DNA from: the human T2T-CHM13v2.0 reference genome, Homo sapiens
Reading direction: 5' to 3' (one strand)
DNA length: 64,000 nt
Assembly (NCBI RefSeq): GCF_009914755.1
Contig: NC_060946.1
In this document: in pieces, positions 1-18,668 of the stretch
How the letters are laid out: each line of letters opens with the position of its first letter
Position numbering within the stretch: the first letter of the stretch is position 1
Made by a program: the position numbers and the translations under genes
The notes under the pieces: generated by a model
Seen by the model: only the letters and a program-made list of their open reading frames with translations
The model's database searches: none
Told to the model about the DNA's origin: nothing

Positions 1-337
1 CACGTTTGGTGCAATAGGCCTAGTATTCAGCCTATCTTGGCTTTTGACATGCCTTCCTCACTAAACCATCATTTCTAGCTTCTGATTTAAAAGTGAGAGA
101 TGTGCAATTCTTCCTGTCACTTGAACATTTAATGGTCATGATCAGGTTATTAACTGACCTAACTTCAATACTGTTGTGTCTGAGGTAACAGAGAGACCTG
201 AGGAGGTGGTGAGATGGGGGGACACCCAGTTGGCAGCAGTCTGAACACACATCTATACACAACATGTATATATTAAGTTCGCCGTCTTATATGGGAGTGC
301 TTTGTGGCGCTCCAAAACAATTACAAAAGTAACATCA

Positions 338-666
<329 letters not shown>

Positions 667-696
667 TCATGACAGATAACAATTTTAAAAGTTTAA

Positions 697-990
<294 letters not shown>

Positions 991-1008
991 AAAAGTTTAA
1001 AATATTCA

Positions 1009-1323
1009 GGCCAGGTGTGGTGGCTCATGCCTGTAATCCCAGCACTTTGGGAGGCTGAGGCAGGCAGATCACTTCAGGTTAGGAGTTCCAGACCAGTCTG
1101 GCCAACACAGTGAAACCCCACCTCTACTAAAAATAAAAATATTAGCCGGGCATGGTGGTGCACACCTGTAATCCCAGCTACTCACGAGGCTGAGGGGGAG
1201 AATCGCTAGAACCCAGGAGGTGGAGGTTGTAGTGAGCCGAGATGGCGCCACTTCACTCCAGTGCAGCTCTGGGAGACAGAGCGAGACTCCGACTCAAAAA
1301 TAAATAAAATAAAATGAATAAAA
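1009..1323 (+). mobile_element. AluS (Sx/Sz-like)
   Basis: Full dimer with A-rich tail; TSD-like gtttaaaatatt. Confidence 0.93.
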
Positions 1324-1544
1324 TGTTTAAAATATTGGGAGAATTACCAAAATGTGGCACAAAGACACAAAGTGAGCACATGCTGTTGAAAAATTGGCAC
1401 CAACAGACTTAGACTTGCTCAATGCAGGGTTGCAATAAACCTTCAATTTATAAAACAAAAAAATCCCACAATATCTGTGAAGTACAATAAAGTAGAATGC
1501 AATAAAATGAGGTATCCCTGTATTTCCAAAGCTTCTAGGTGGTA

Positions 1545-1780
1545 ATAATAATAGCTAAAATTTATCTAATCATTACTGTAAGTCTGGCAATGTTCTAAAA
1601 GCTTTAGTTATGAACTAATTTAACTGGCACAGCCACCCACGAGGTAGGTACAATTATTATTTCCATTTTCTAGACAACGAAACAGAGGCAGAATAGTCAT
1701 TTGCTTGACGTCACATTGCAAACAAGGGGCAGAGCTGGGATTCAAAAATCAGGCGACTGGCTGCAGAGATCATGCTCTAG
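1545..1780 (-). mobile_element. MIR
   Basis: Reverse MIR core (ccattttctagacaacgaaacagaggca...gcagagctgggattc). Confidence 0.8.
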
Positions 1781-2335
1781 ATAGTGAGTCTTAAAGCACC
1801 CACCAACCAATACCACCTGGTTTACCCAAACAATTCAGGCATCTTAACAGTGTCACACAGAGACATAAACAATAATACAGTATAATAGTATCACTCACCA
1901 TATGGTCACTTGTTTCAAGGTTAATGTTAGAATAACATGAGTCCATGAAAATAAGACCTTGTTTTCTGTTTACAGTAATACAGACTAAATAACTGCACAA
2001 AAAACTGGATACAATATATATACATCTTTCCAAAAGTAACAAAAATCTAACAAGATAGTGAGATATTACCAAATTAATATCCTGAAAAAGATGGAAATCC
2101 AAAGAAAGAGGCAAGACCTGGGGGCATTTGTTGATTTGCCAGTGGAGGCCCAGAAAGTGCCTGGCTCACTCCAAGGCCTTGCATAGGAGATAACTTATAA
2201 CTCATAACTCAGTAACGCGCTCCTCACCCCAGCGAACCTGTGAACTGAGGCCCCATAGGGCTGCATCCTAGGAGTAAGACTGAAGTAGAAGTAAATAAGC
2301 CCTCCCATGGACTCAGCTTCAAACCATCTGGATAG

Positions 2336-2677
<342 letters not shown>

Positions 2678-2779
2678 TGATCCTCGTTGGCTAGTGCCGT
2701 CAGTCACCTGGAAAAAGACATCACACCCAAAGCCTCTAATTATTTCTATAAACAATTTTTCAAATACCATGTCCAGCAC

Positions 2780-3430
2780 ACAAACATATGAACAAAGTAC
2801 CATGAGTAAGAACCATGAGAGGCAGTTATAGATCCAAAGGAACTCCAAATACTGGAGATATCAGGAGACTATAAAAGAATTATATTTAGTATGTTCTAGG
2901 AAATAAAAGCGAAGTTTAAAAAATTTAGCAGGGAACAGGAATCCATAAAAAACAATGTAGCAGACTTGAAAAGAATCACAACTGAAAAATACAGTAAGAT
3001 ATTGGTAAGAACTATCCATTGAGTTATTAAATTAAAAGCAGATTAATCGGCTGGCGCGGTGGCTCATACTTGTAATTCCAGCACTTTGGGAGGCTGGGGC
3101 AGGTGGCTCACTTGAGGCCAGGAGTTGAAGACCAGCTTGGCCATCATGGTGAAACTCCATCTCTACTAAAAGTACAAAAATTGGCCAGGTGTAGGGGCAC
3201 ACACCTGTGGTCCCAGCTACTCGAGAGGTTAAGGCACAAGAACTGCTTGAACCCAGGAGGCAGAGGGTGCAGTGAGAGCCAAGATCGTGCCACTGCACTG
3301 CACCCCAGCCTGGGCGAAAGAGTGAGACTCTTGTCTCAAAAAAACGCAGATTAGTCAAAGAGAAGACTGATTAACTGAAAACAGGTCAAAGTAATCTACC
3401 CAGAATGAAAAATAGAAAAGAAAAAAAACA
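2780..3430 (+). mobile_element. Old L1M ORF1-region fragment (interrupted by Alu)
   Basis: A-rich decayed L1 ORF1-like sequence (gaaataaaag...gcagacttgaaaagaatc...ctgaaaaatacagtaa); boundaries approximate. Confidence 0.5.
3049..3344 (+). mobile_element. Alu (J/S)
   Basis: Full dimer; TSD-like gcagatta. Confidence 0.93.
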
Positions 3431-3448
3431 CTTGTAATGGATGCCATT

Positions 3449-3860
<412 letters not shown>

Positions 3861-4016
3861 TCACCAAAGAATCAAGAATCTTGGTGAATACAAAACAGAT
3901 GGTCTCTATTATCTAGAATGTCTTCCAAAAATAACATGAACCTGTTCTGTAAGTATAGTACCACCACAATTAAATATCTATTGTGGTCATATTAGGGGTT
4001 ATCATAGGGTATACTA

Positions 4017-4469
<453 letters not shown>

Positions 4470-4686
4470 TTAGCTATATAATATTCTGGAAAACACCAAA
4501 CTGTAAAGTCAGTAGGAAGATCAATGATTACCAAGGATCCAAGGGAAGAGGGGGAAGGATGAATACGGAGAGAGTACAGGTGACTCCTGGGATAGTGAAA
4601 CAATTCTGTATAATACTGTATTAGCAGATGTAAGACATTATGCATTTGTCCAAACCCACAGAATATACAACAAAGAATGAACTCAA

Positions 4687-4795
4687 GTCAGTTGCTGTGG
4701 CTAGCACCTGTAATCTCACCTGAATCCAGCAGCTCAAGGTTACTGCGAGCTATGATTGTACCACTGCACTGGCTGGCAGAGCAAGACACTGTCTC

Positions 4796-4824
<29 letters not shown>
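4687..4824 (+). mobile_element. Alu monomer (FRAM/FAM-like) with long poly-A
   Basis: gagctatgattgtaccactgcact...gtctc(A)n. Confidence 0.8.
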
Positions 4825-5224
<400 letters not shown>

Positions 5225-5349
5225 CTATGGTTGGATTGAGGGAGGGTAAACAGGAACTCTCTTATTGCTCATTTTTTCTGTAAACCTAAAACTGCTCTAA
5301 GCAATAAAGTCTACTAACATTTCTCTTAAAAAGTTAATGTATCAGGAAA

Positions 5350-6615
<1,266 letters not shown>

Positions 6616-6717
6616 CTAAAAAGGTGTAACTGAGAAGAACCTAGGACATGCAAGAGCAAGTAATTCATTACATAGTCTTCCCCTTTAGTTATCTCCCTTA
6701 CTCCTTTTTTTCTCTTT

Positions 6718-6874
6718 GTAGCTGGGACTACAGGCATGCACCACTATGCCCGGCTATTTTTAATTTTGTAGAGACGAGGTCTCACTATGCTGCCCAGGCT
6801 GGTCTCCAACACCTGGGTTCAAGTGATCCTCCCACCTAGCATCCCATTGTAGGCGTCAACTACTGTGTCCAGCC
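6718..6874 (-). mobile_element. AluJ fragment
   Basis: Reverse left arm plus start of right arm. Confidence 0.8.
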
Positions 6875-7265
6875 TCCTTTACTCCTGTCTCATTCCCATG
6901 GCTACTCATCTCGGCCCTGCAAAAACATGAAACGTGGAAGAACAAGATGCTATCTGGGAGGTTTCTAACACTAAATTAAATATTGTTTCTTTGAACACTG
7001 ACCTACTTCTCCCTTAAGAACTGAGTCCTAGTACTAAAAACTAACCTTTCACCATCATCTTCCTAAAATATTGTGATACCTTCTGCAATGCCCTTTTAAG
7101 GGGGTCAAGACAATTCATGTATTCACCCTAAGACAGCTTCCTCCAGCGCGATGTCAACCTTTCTGCCCACCTGCTCAGGACCTCAATTTTGCTAAGATCA
7201 CTAGCTCTTACTAAGCTTTGGTAGAATTAACCAATGTTTTCTAGCGCCTTTCCCTCTCTATGGCC

Positions 7266-7415
7266 AATTTTATTTTTAAATTTTATTTATGTATTTTTTG
7301 GAGAGAAGGTCTCACTACGTTGCCCAGACTGGTCTCCAACTCCTCGCCTCAAGCAATCCTCCCACCTCAGCCCCTGAATAGATGGAATTACAGGCATGAG
7401 CCACCACAGCCAGCT
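7266..7415 (-). mobile_element. FLAM/AluJ left monomer
   Basis: ggtctcactacgttgcccagactggtctcc...gagccacc. Confidence 0.85.
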
Positions 7416-7600
7416 CTATGGTCAAATTTTTACAACGTATTATCAATGATCTAGTTGTCTGTTTCCCACACAATACTGTTGAACACCCTGAGGACAAGTA
7501 CTAGGACTCATCCCCAAACTCTGAAAAATGGTGCTTCTCAGTCGTTTCCCCATTTGGTTTCTTTTCTTCTACTCTAAAATACTAGACCCAATTTGCTTAA

Positions 7601-7911
<311 letters not shown>

Positions 7912-8188
7912 TCAATATACTTAATTCTTTACCTACATTGTTTCTCCTGGCTTCAAAAAGCTTCCTGACCACCAAAACTAATCCTTGGAAAAGGACAAGT
8001 CTTCCCTACACCAAAACTAAATACCATTGTTTGCCTTTTTCTCGTACGTGTTTTTCTCTACCTCTAAAATGATTGCTTGTTCATGTGTTCAATGCACCGT
8101 AGAGGATACGGCAAGTGCCAATACCATAATCTTGCCCTCAGGGAGGACTGGGGAAGGAGGGCAAGAACACATTTAGAAAGGTATAATA

Positions 8189-8578
<390 letters not shown>

Positions 8579-8660
8579 TTAAGGGAATGTTAGATTTCAT
8601 GGAGAAAAGTAACATTTGAGAAAGGCCTTGAAATATAACTATCTCAAAAGATGGAGAACA

Positions 8661-9071
<411 letters not shown>

Positions 9072-9789
9072 TTAGAGAGGCAGGGCAGGGTCCTACCATG
9101 GAACCCTGAAGACCAAGGCAAGGTGTCTAAATTTAACTCAGTACACAAATGAAAAGGATACGACAAGAGCTACCTTTCAGAAGATTTTCTGGCAGTAGTT
9201 GGGAAGACACTAGACCAGGGACTGGGGAAGAAAGGTTACTATTCACGAAGCTACAAGAGCTCAGGCAGGTCCAGCACCATGCTCATTTAAACCACTACCA
9301 ATCTCTACTTCCACAAGCCTTGACCTGTCTCCTACTTGACTGGTTCCTCCGCATCTCTTCAAGACACCTCTCTTCAATTTCCTCACTTAAAATCACTAAC
9401 TAGAAAGAAAAAATTAATAGTCTGTTCTACAGAAGTGACTTAAAAAGTGAATATTGTAGACTGATACAACCTTCTGGTTCATAGCCTTTACAACAAATAT
9501 GTTGGCTCCTACTGTGTGTCAGGCACTACTCTAGGAAACATGGATGCAGACAGGGATGGAGTAGGCAAAGTTTCCATCCCATGGTGCTTACATTTTGTGA
9601 AGGAAACAGATACAAGACAAGACTGTCAGATAATTGCTGTGAAGGGAGAACAGGGCTGAGGGAGAGAGCACGTACTCATGTGGGCGCTGCCTGGGCTCAG
9701 GTGGGCAGGGAAAGCCTGTCAGTGTGGGGAGAAAGCAGCAGCCACATGGTGTACATTTTTACAAAGTATACATTTTACACTAAAAGGGA

Positions 9790-10015
9790 GAAACAGGTTT
9801 TGAAGCCACATAGAGTTGCATGCCAGCCCTGGCTCTATCACTTGGTGGCTGAGGAACCTCTTCCAAATGAATGAATCTCTCTTCAGTCTGTTTCTTTATC
9901 CCCGTTTTACAGATAAAATACTGACTTTATTGGGTTATTCTGAGAGAATTAAATAATGAATATAAAACGTGCACTGTGCCTGGTACTGGGTAAGGGATCT
10001 GTAAATATTAACTAC
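9790..10015 (+). mobile_element. MIR (degenerate)
   Basis: ctggctctatcacttgg...gagaattaaataatg...tgtgcctggtac. Confidence 0.55.
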
Positions 10016-10261
10016 TGATTTACTACATCAGTGATTAAATATACATAGAAATTATTTTGCTGCTATATCTAAACACTAGATTTAGCAAAAACTGTCTGCA
10101 ATCAGTACCAATCATAATCCCAAATGCCATAATCCTGAATGTTAAAATCCCAAAAGACTAAAGTCTAAAAATCCCTAATGTTTAAAACCACAACCCCAAA
10201 AGATTAAAATCCCAAATGATGAAATCCCAAAAGCCGAATTTTGGGGCAGGGAATTTGCATA

Positions 10262-10912
10262 GTTTTGGTTGTACACAATAGTTACACCATGCTAGGTGGA
10301 ACTATGACCTTGCTATTGTCATTATCTGGAAATTAAGTATGGTTTAAGGAGATGCCTATGGGTACCAAGTTGCCGAGGATAGATTTGTGGACTTAATTTT
10401 AGCTATCAACTTGACAGGAACACCTAGAAACCTGGTAAAGCACTGTGTTGTGTGTGTGTCTGTGAGGATGTTTTCAGAGATTAGTGTGCGAGTCTGAGTA
10501 GGCAAGGAGAGCCCTCTATGTTGGTGGGTATCATCCAATCAGCCAGGAGCCCAGGGAGTACACAGAAGGTGAATTGCTGAGAGCTAGAACAGACTTTTCT
10601 TCTGCTGCCTTGGACATCAGAACTCCAGGCTTGCCAGCCTTTGGACTCCAGGACTTAACCAGTGGCCCCCTGAATTCTGAGGCTTTTTGACCTTGGACCG
10701 AGAGATAACACCATTAGCTTCCCTGGTTCTGAGGCCTTTGGATTTGGACTGAGGTATGCTACTGGCATCCCAGGGTCTCAAGCCTGCAGATGATCTGTCA
10801 TGGGACTTCTCAGCCACCATTAATCATATGAGCCAATTCCCCTAATAAATTCCCTCATATCTATACACATATCCTATTGGTTCTGTCTCCCTAGGGAACC
10901 CTGACTAATGCA
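10262..10912 (+). mobile_element. ERVL internal 3' end (10262-10385) plus MLT2-type LTR (10386-10912), carried within Ricksha
   Basis: ttaagtatggtttaaggagatgcctatgggtaccaagttg precedes tgtggacttaattttagctatcaacttgac; LTR ends cctattggttctgtctccctagggaaccctgactaatgca. Confidence 0.85.
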
Positions 10913-10969
10913 GATTTGGTGTTGGGGAAGCTGAGTATCAGTTCTTCTTACTTTATTCTTTACAGCACA

Positions 10970-11291
10970 ATTGAAGAGATCTGTGAAACTCTTCCCTCGC
11001 AAAAAGGCTCTGATAAGTGTACACGGCTACTTAATGGCGAAAGATAAAAGTTTAAAAGCTAATTATCACTGGTGCTGCAAAAGCAGAAATTGCAACGGCC
11101 AGGCAATAATCAGGCTTTCAAATAGACAGTATATACTTACAAAATTTGTGGATCACAACCACTTTGCAAATAAAACTGGAGCAAGTGCTTTGAAGATCGC
11201 AGAAGTGAAAATACAGGCAAAAAATACAAGAAATCTCCCCTGCCAAATTATTCAATGGTGTATTATTTCTGCTCCTTCACACATAGTGCCA
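10970..11291 (+). pseudogene. Decayed Mutator-like transposase N-terminus (FLYWCH-type zinc finger)
   Basis: Frame from 10970 gives IEEICETLPSQKGSDK, then after a frameshift SVHGYLMAKDK..YHWCCKSRNCNGQA..FVDHNH (GY, W-C, C and HNH ligands). Confidence 0.75.
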
Positions 11292-11478
11292 ATTTGCTAT
11301 GCTATATATTTTATCTTCACATCATTTCTAATACTGGAGATATAAATTGTGTAGAGACTTTTGGAGAGTTCTAATTAATTCTATGCATTTTTTTTTTGCA
11401 AACTGAACTCCACAGAAGTGCATTATCACAACACTGACTTCATGTGTAAGCTCTGGCTGTGTTCATCAAAACGTAGAA

Positions 11479-11652
11479 GCCAGGTGTGGTGGAGCACCTG
11501 TAGTCAGTCCCGGCTACTAGGGAGGCTGAGGTAGGAGGATCACTTGAGGCCAGGAGTTTGAGGCTGAAGTGCACTATGATCATGCCTGTGAATAGTCACT
11601 GCACTCCAGCATGGGCAACATAGCTAGAAGACTATGGTCTCTTTAAAAAAAG
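11479..11652 (+). mobile_element. FRAM/AluJ monomer nested in Ricksha
   Basis: Right-arm-like monomer. Confidence 0.85.
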
Positions 11653-11660
11653 TTGAAACT

Positions 11661-11971
<311 letters not shown>

Positions 11972-12232
11972 GGTGAACCTTCAATGAGATGTCCTTTTTT
12001 TATACTGTTTTTGTGAAAGATAAAATTCAACAATATCTCTGCTCTTCAGGAGACTGCACACACAGTGATGACCCATCCTTGTTTTTACTACCTCATCAAA
12101 AGACCTAGTTTGTCCATCATGGTATTTCAGAGGACCACAGTTACAAAATGTAACACCCATGCAACTACGGTTAGTATACTGAGTGATTAAACTTGCAAAA
12201 TACATTTGTTACTATTTTATTGTGTAAAGTGG

Positions 12233-12629
12233 TGTACTAGGCTGTTCCTGCATTGCTATGAAGGAATACTTAAAAGAAAAGAGATTTAATTGGCTTACAG
12301 TTCTGCAGGCTGTACAGGAGGCATAGTGGCACCTGCTTCCAGGAAGGCCTCAGGAAGCTTCCAATCATGGCAGAAGGCAAAGGGGGAACAGGCACATCAC
12401 ATGATGAGGACTGAGCAAGAGAGAGTGTGAGGTGCCACACTTTTAAAACAGCCAGATCTCGCGAGAAGTCGCTCACCGTCTCGAGGACAGCATCAAGGGG
12501 ATGGTACTAAACCATTCATGAAAAATCCACCCACATAATCCAATCACCTCCTACCAGCCTCCACTTCCAATATTGGGGATTACAATTCAACATGAGATTT
12601 GGGCAGGGACACATATCCAAACTATATTA
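12233..12629 (-). mobile_element. MaLR solo LTR (MSTA-like) nested in Ricksha
   Basis: gatttaattggcttacagttctgcaggctgtacagg...caacatgagatttgggcagggacacatatccaaactata; perfect 5-bp TSD AGTGG (12228-12232 / 12630-12634). Confidence 0.9.
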
Positions 12630-12700
12630 AGTGGCCTATGAAGTGTTGTCATGTTTTTGTTTCTCAAATAAATCCCCTTTAAAAAAGGTAAATAAGTGGT

Positions 12701-13306
<606 letters not shown>

Positions 13307-13424
13307 AAATAAGTATTTTTTAAATAATGTTTTAAAATTATTTTTTCCAGAATTATATTGTTTGGATTTCGATATTTTGGGATTTCAGTATTTGGGATTA
13401 TGGCATCAAGAACTGTGTCTTTTA

Positions 13425-13811
13425 GGCCAGGCGCAGTGGCTCATGCCTGTAATCCCAGCACTTCGGGAGGCTGAGGTGGGCAGATCACCTGAGGTCGGGA
13501 GTTTGAGACCAGCCTGGCCAACGTGGCAAAACCCTGCCAAGGTGGGCAGATCACCTGAGGTCAGGAGTTCAAGACCAGCCTGGGCAACATGGCGAAACTC
13601 TGTCTCTACCTGTATTTTTTTTTGTAAAAATACAAAAAAATTAGCCGGGTGTGGTGGCACGCACCTATAATCCCAGCTACTTGGGAGGCTCAGGCAGGAG
13701 AATCACTTGAACCCAAGAGACAGAGGTTGCAGTGAGCCGAGCACCACTGCACTCCAGCCTGGGCGACAGAACGAAAGTCCATCTCAAAAAAAAAAAGAAA
13801 AAAATAAAAAA
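13425..13811 (+). mobile_element. AluS with internal duplication, inserted in the right Ricksha TIR
   Basis: TSD aagaactgtgtcttt/aagaactgtctcttt; duplicated B-box segment. Confidence 0.93.
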
Positions 13812-13969
13812 AAGAACTGTCTCTTTCAGAATTATGGCCTAAACCCGTCTGAAACAACTATTCAAGAAGTCTTTGGGAGAGCTAACACCTACAAACATAA
13901 ACTTCGGTAATATTTTATAAAATATTCTTAAAAATCACCTTTATCCACACACAAGACAGTTTTAAAAGC

Positions 13970-14254
<285 letters not shown>

Positions 14255-15298
14255 TTTAAAAGCTTTTTTAACTGAAACACTAGAGTAACAATCTTGGCAT
14301 TTTTAAACGTATATAATTATCCCTATATATAAAACTATTTTAACAAAAATAACTATTTTCATACAACCATTTTAACTCTAGAATAAAAATACTGTTATAG
14401 TGAGATTTTTTCAAATATTTAATTTAGTAGAGTCAAATGTTTAACAAAAATAAAATATTATGAAGTATATAGTATATATTTTAATAAAAGGCTAATAAAC
14501 TGAATCAGGTCAATAAGAGAAGCAAAATACTGGTTTATAAAACTAAGGCCTTCAAGTGACAGGGGGCCATAGGAAAAAAACAACAAAACAAAAACTAAGG
14601 CTTTATTCATTTATAAGTGGCAAAAGAAAAAATTTCCTATTTCCCTATTCCCTAATGATTTAATGTAAACTAAAGCAAAGAGAATGCATTAGTTCACTCT
14701 TCCTTAGAAACCTACACCATCTACTAATTTGCTAATGAAATCAGATACATGAGTTCTACATGATCAGTGTTGTGACTTCACATTAGTAGAGACGCTACTT
14801 GAGTTGCACTGTCACTGGGTTCCAGAAAGAGAATTTCCTAACGAATCACTAAGAAAGCTTCTTCAACAGATACAGGACGGGCTAGTATCAAAATATAGAA
14901 AAAAAAATAAAGTAGAGATAATGCTTTGTCTGTTGAAAAATATTTATTAAACTTCTCTAAAAGGGATTACATAAATATATTATCTCAACTACTATAATTA
15001 GATGTCAATTCCAATTCCTTAGTAATATTTTCAAGATTTACCCCTTAAATATAGGCGTATGAAAAACCAAAAGCATCAACAAAAGTTTTATTTATATAAA
15101 AAGATTTATGCTGGAATGTTAAAATCTAATATTTTGATTTTGAAAGCAAGTTGATTTTTTAAAAACCCTGAAAACAGTAGAGTGAACTGGCATTCCTTGA
15201 AAAGCTGAACAAAATAAGTTTAGTAAAAACAAGTAATAAATTTATTAATTCAGAAAGGATCCTGAACCATGAACCAAAGAGAAAAAAGTAACTGAAGA

Positions 15299-15657
<359 letters not shown>

Positions 15658-15965
15658 TTACTGATTCACTCAAAAATATCTGCTAAGCATTAGCTACATA
15701 TCAAGCACTGTTCTAGATGCTGGGAATATGATGGGCAACAGACAAGTCCTTGCCCTCACACAGCAGACTATTCTCCCAGGTAGATCCCAGGATGGTACTT
15801 CCCAGCTCCACTCCACTTTCTTTTTCTTTGTTTCTATAATCCAAAACTAAACTCTTCCTCTTCAAATGGCCACAAACTTATCCTGCAAGTTATATTCCAG
15901 CTCATTTAAATTAAACATTCACACAGGGTACAGGTTAAGGGCACAGAGTCCAGAGCCAGGGTGCC

Positions 15966-16216
15966 TGTGGTATCATGATATATACTGGGTATTGTCCAGC
16001 CCTTGTAACAGTGTTTTGTTATAATATTGGGTATGTTAAGGCCTGGGGAAACAATCTCTCACCTGTCCTCCATTCACCTGCCCTAAGGCAGGACTCTAAT
16101 CCTTTCCCACCTCTCAGACTGTGGCTCTTAAGACCCTCCTCAGAGGGCGTCCAGCCCTATACCCTGGGAGAAGAAATTGACATCAGGAAACTTCCATAAA
16201 AATCCAAAAGGAGCTG
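15966..16216 (+). mobile_element. MER21-like LTR 5' fragment inside a MIR
   Basis: tgtggtatcatgatatata...cccttgtaacagtgttttgttataat...cttccataaaaatccaaaagg; MIR sequence flanks it (15935-15965 and ~16525-16690). Confidence 0.6.
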
Positions 16217-16217
16217 G

Positions 16218-16484
16218 TCCCAGCACTTTGAGAGGCCGTGACAGGCAGATCACAGGGTCAGCAGATCGAGAATATCTTCACCAACACAGTGAAACCCCGT
16301 CTCTACTAAAAATACAAAAATTAGCCGCGGGTGGAGGCGGGCGCCTGTAGTCCCAAATACTCTGGAGGCTGAGGCAGGAGAATGGCGTGAACCTGGGAGG
16401 CAGAGCTTGAGAAGAGATGGCACCACTGCACTCCAGCCTGGGTGACACAGCAAGACTCCGTCTCAAAAAAAAAAAAAAAAAAAA
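16218..16484 (+). mobile_element. AluY-like, 5'-truncated
   Basis: gaatggcgtgaacc, gagcttg; poly-A. Confidence 0.9.
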
Positions 16485-16710
16485 GGTAGAGGAAAAACAT
16501 GATTAGAGGTGAGAGTTTTTCCCAATTCCCAATCCTGGCTCTGCTACTTAATAGTTGGGTGACCTTGGGCAAGTCACTCAACCTCCGTTATTCAGTTTTC
16601 TCGTTTGAAAAACAGAGGTAATAACACTATCTCCTAACTTTTTTGTCAAATGTTTAGAACAAGTCCTGGCCCTTGGAATTTATTGTTTATATAAAAATAT
16701 TCACAATGTT

Positions 16711-17133
<423 letters not shown>

Positions 17134-18372
17134 TTAAACCAATTGCTAAATTTTACAGATCCTTCTTATGCAGACTAGGGCTTTGGGCATGAGAAAATCA
17201 GAACAGTAAGAGGCCAAGATGATCAATTCATCATCTGTTTCCGGCCCTCCCCTCTCCTTCCCACCACCATCTCTCCTCAGTCAGAACAACGCCCCCAACC
17301 ATGTATTCACACCTCTCTTCACAAAACTTTGTTCCATTTATGAGACTCAAGTGCCCCAGCCCCAGGTTCAAAGCTATTCCCACCTTGCTCTCATACTATT
17401 AGGCCCACGCTCCCTTCTGACCTTCCCCTCTGTCATCTCTAGGCCCTTAGCCTAAGGGCCCAGGGTTTGATTGATAATATGCTACATACTTTTGAGCCTT
17501 GGTTCCCAAAAGACCTCTCTTAGGAATGCTCTTTCTCCACTCTTCCACTTGTCTCTCTCTCTCGTCCATCCTTCAAGGTCTACCCAAATGCTCCCTCCTC
17601 TACCGGCTTCTCCAATATTCTTCCCATACTTGATCAGGAGGGAGCAGCCTCTTGCCTAGTTCTCCCCAGCACTCCAGCTACACCACTATTACAGCCTTAT
17701 CAATCATTCATACGTTTGATAAATGTTAATTTTCCATATTGGACTCTCCCACAGACCCTGAACTCTAAGGAAAAGTGAAGTGTTTTATTTGATTTTTGTG
17801 TGTGTGTGCCTAGCATGGCAACTACTTAGCAAACTTGGCTGAACAGAAATTTTCTTTTTTCTTTTATTTTCTCTGATGTGTTTCATTCCCATAGGCTTCA
17901 TTTGGCCTGTGTCCCTTATCTTTAGGGGAAGCCAACTTTCAGCACATGCGCTAGCCAATGTAGCAAAGTTTTTTTTTTTTTTTTAAAGAGACATTTAACA
18001 AATTATGCAGGCTGTGATGTCCTTCATTCCAGCTCAAATTTCTCCTACTGAATATGCTAGAACTTAAATCCACTTCCACGAAGACTTTCAACAAGAGAAG
18101 ATGAAAATCCTATTCCTGCTATATTTAAACTCACATCTACTAGAAAAACAAAAAACAAAAAACAAAAAAGTAGCATTAAGTTCAATGCATAGTGTATCTT
18201 TTCATTTACATCTGTTTAGTAATGTACAGGTACTGGTAAATCTGTTTAGGTTCATTTACACTGACTGTATGTTGTGTTTATAGGAGTCATCTGGCTGGAA
18301 TCTGGCAGGCATGTTCTCTACACTTCTGCCATGGAGTAACAATTCTATTTTATTGTTCTAAAACTCTCCAGG

Positions 18373-18668
18373 AGCCAGGCACAGTGGCTGATGCCTGTAA
18401 TCCCAGCACTTTGGAAGGCCTAGGCAAGAAGATTGCTTGAGGCCAGGAGTTCAAAATCAGCCTGGTCAACATAGAGAGACCCCAATCTCTACAAAAGAAA
18501 ATAAAATTAGCAGGGTGTGGTGGCATGTGCCTGTAGTCGCAGATACTCAGGAGGCCGAGGAAGGAAGATCATTTGAGTCCAGGAACTCAAGGCTGCAGTG
18601 CGCCATGACTGTATCACCACACTCCAGCCTGGGTGACAGTGCAACATCCTGTCTCAAAAATTAAAATA
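18373..18668 (+). mobile_element. AluJ
   Basis: J-type arms; TSD aaaac(t/c)ctccagga. Confidence 0.92.

Noticed and set aside
10111-10235. Short spaced repeats superficially like a CRISPR or telomeric array
   Set aside because: Degenerate AATCCC units mirrored at 13360-13420; they are transposon subterminal repeats in eukaryotic DNA.
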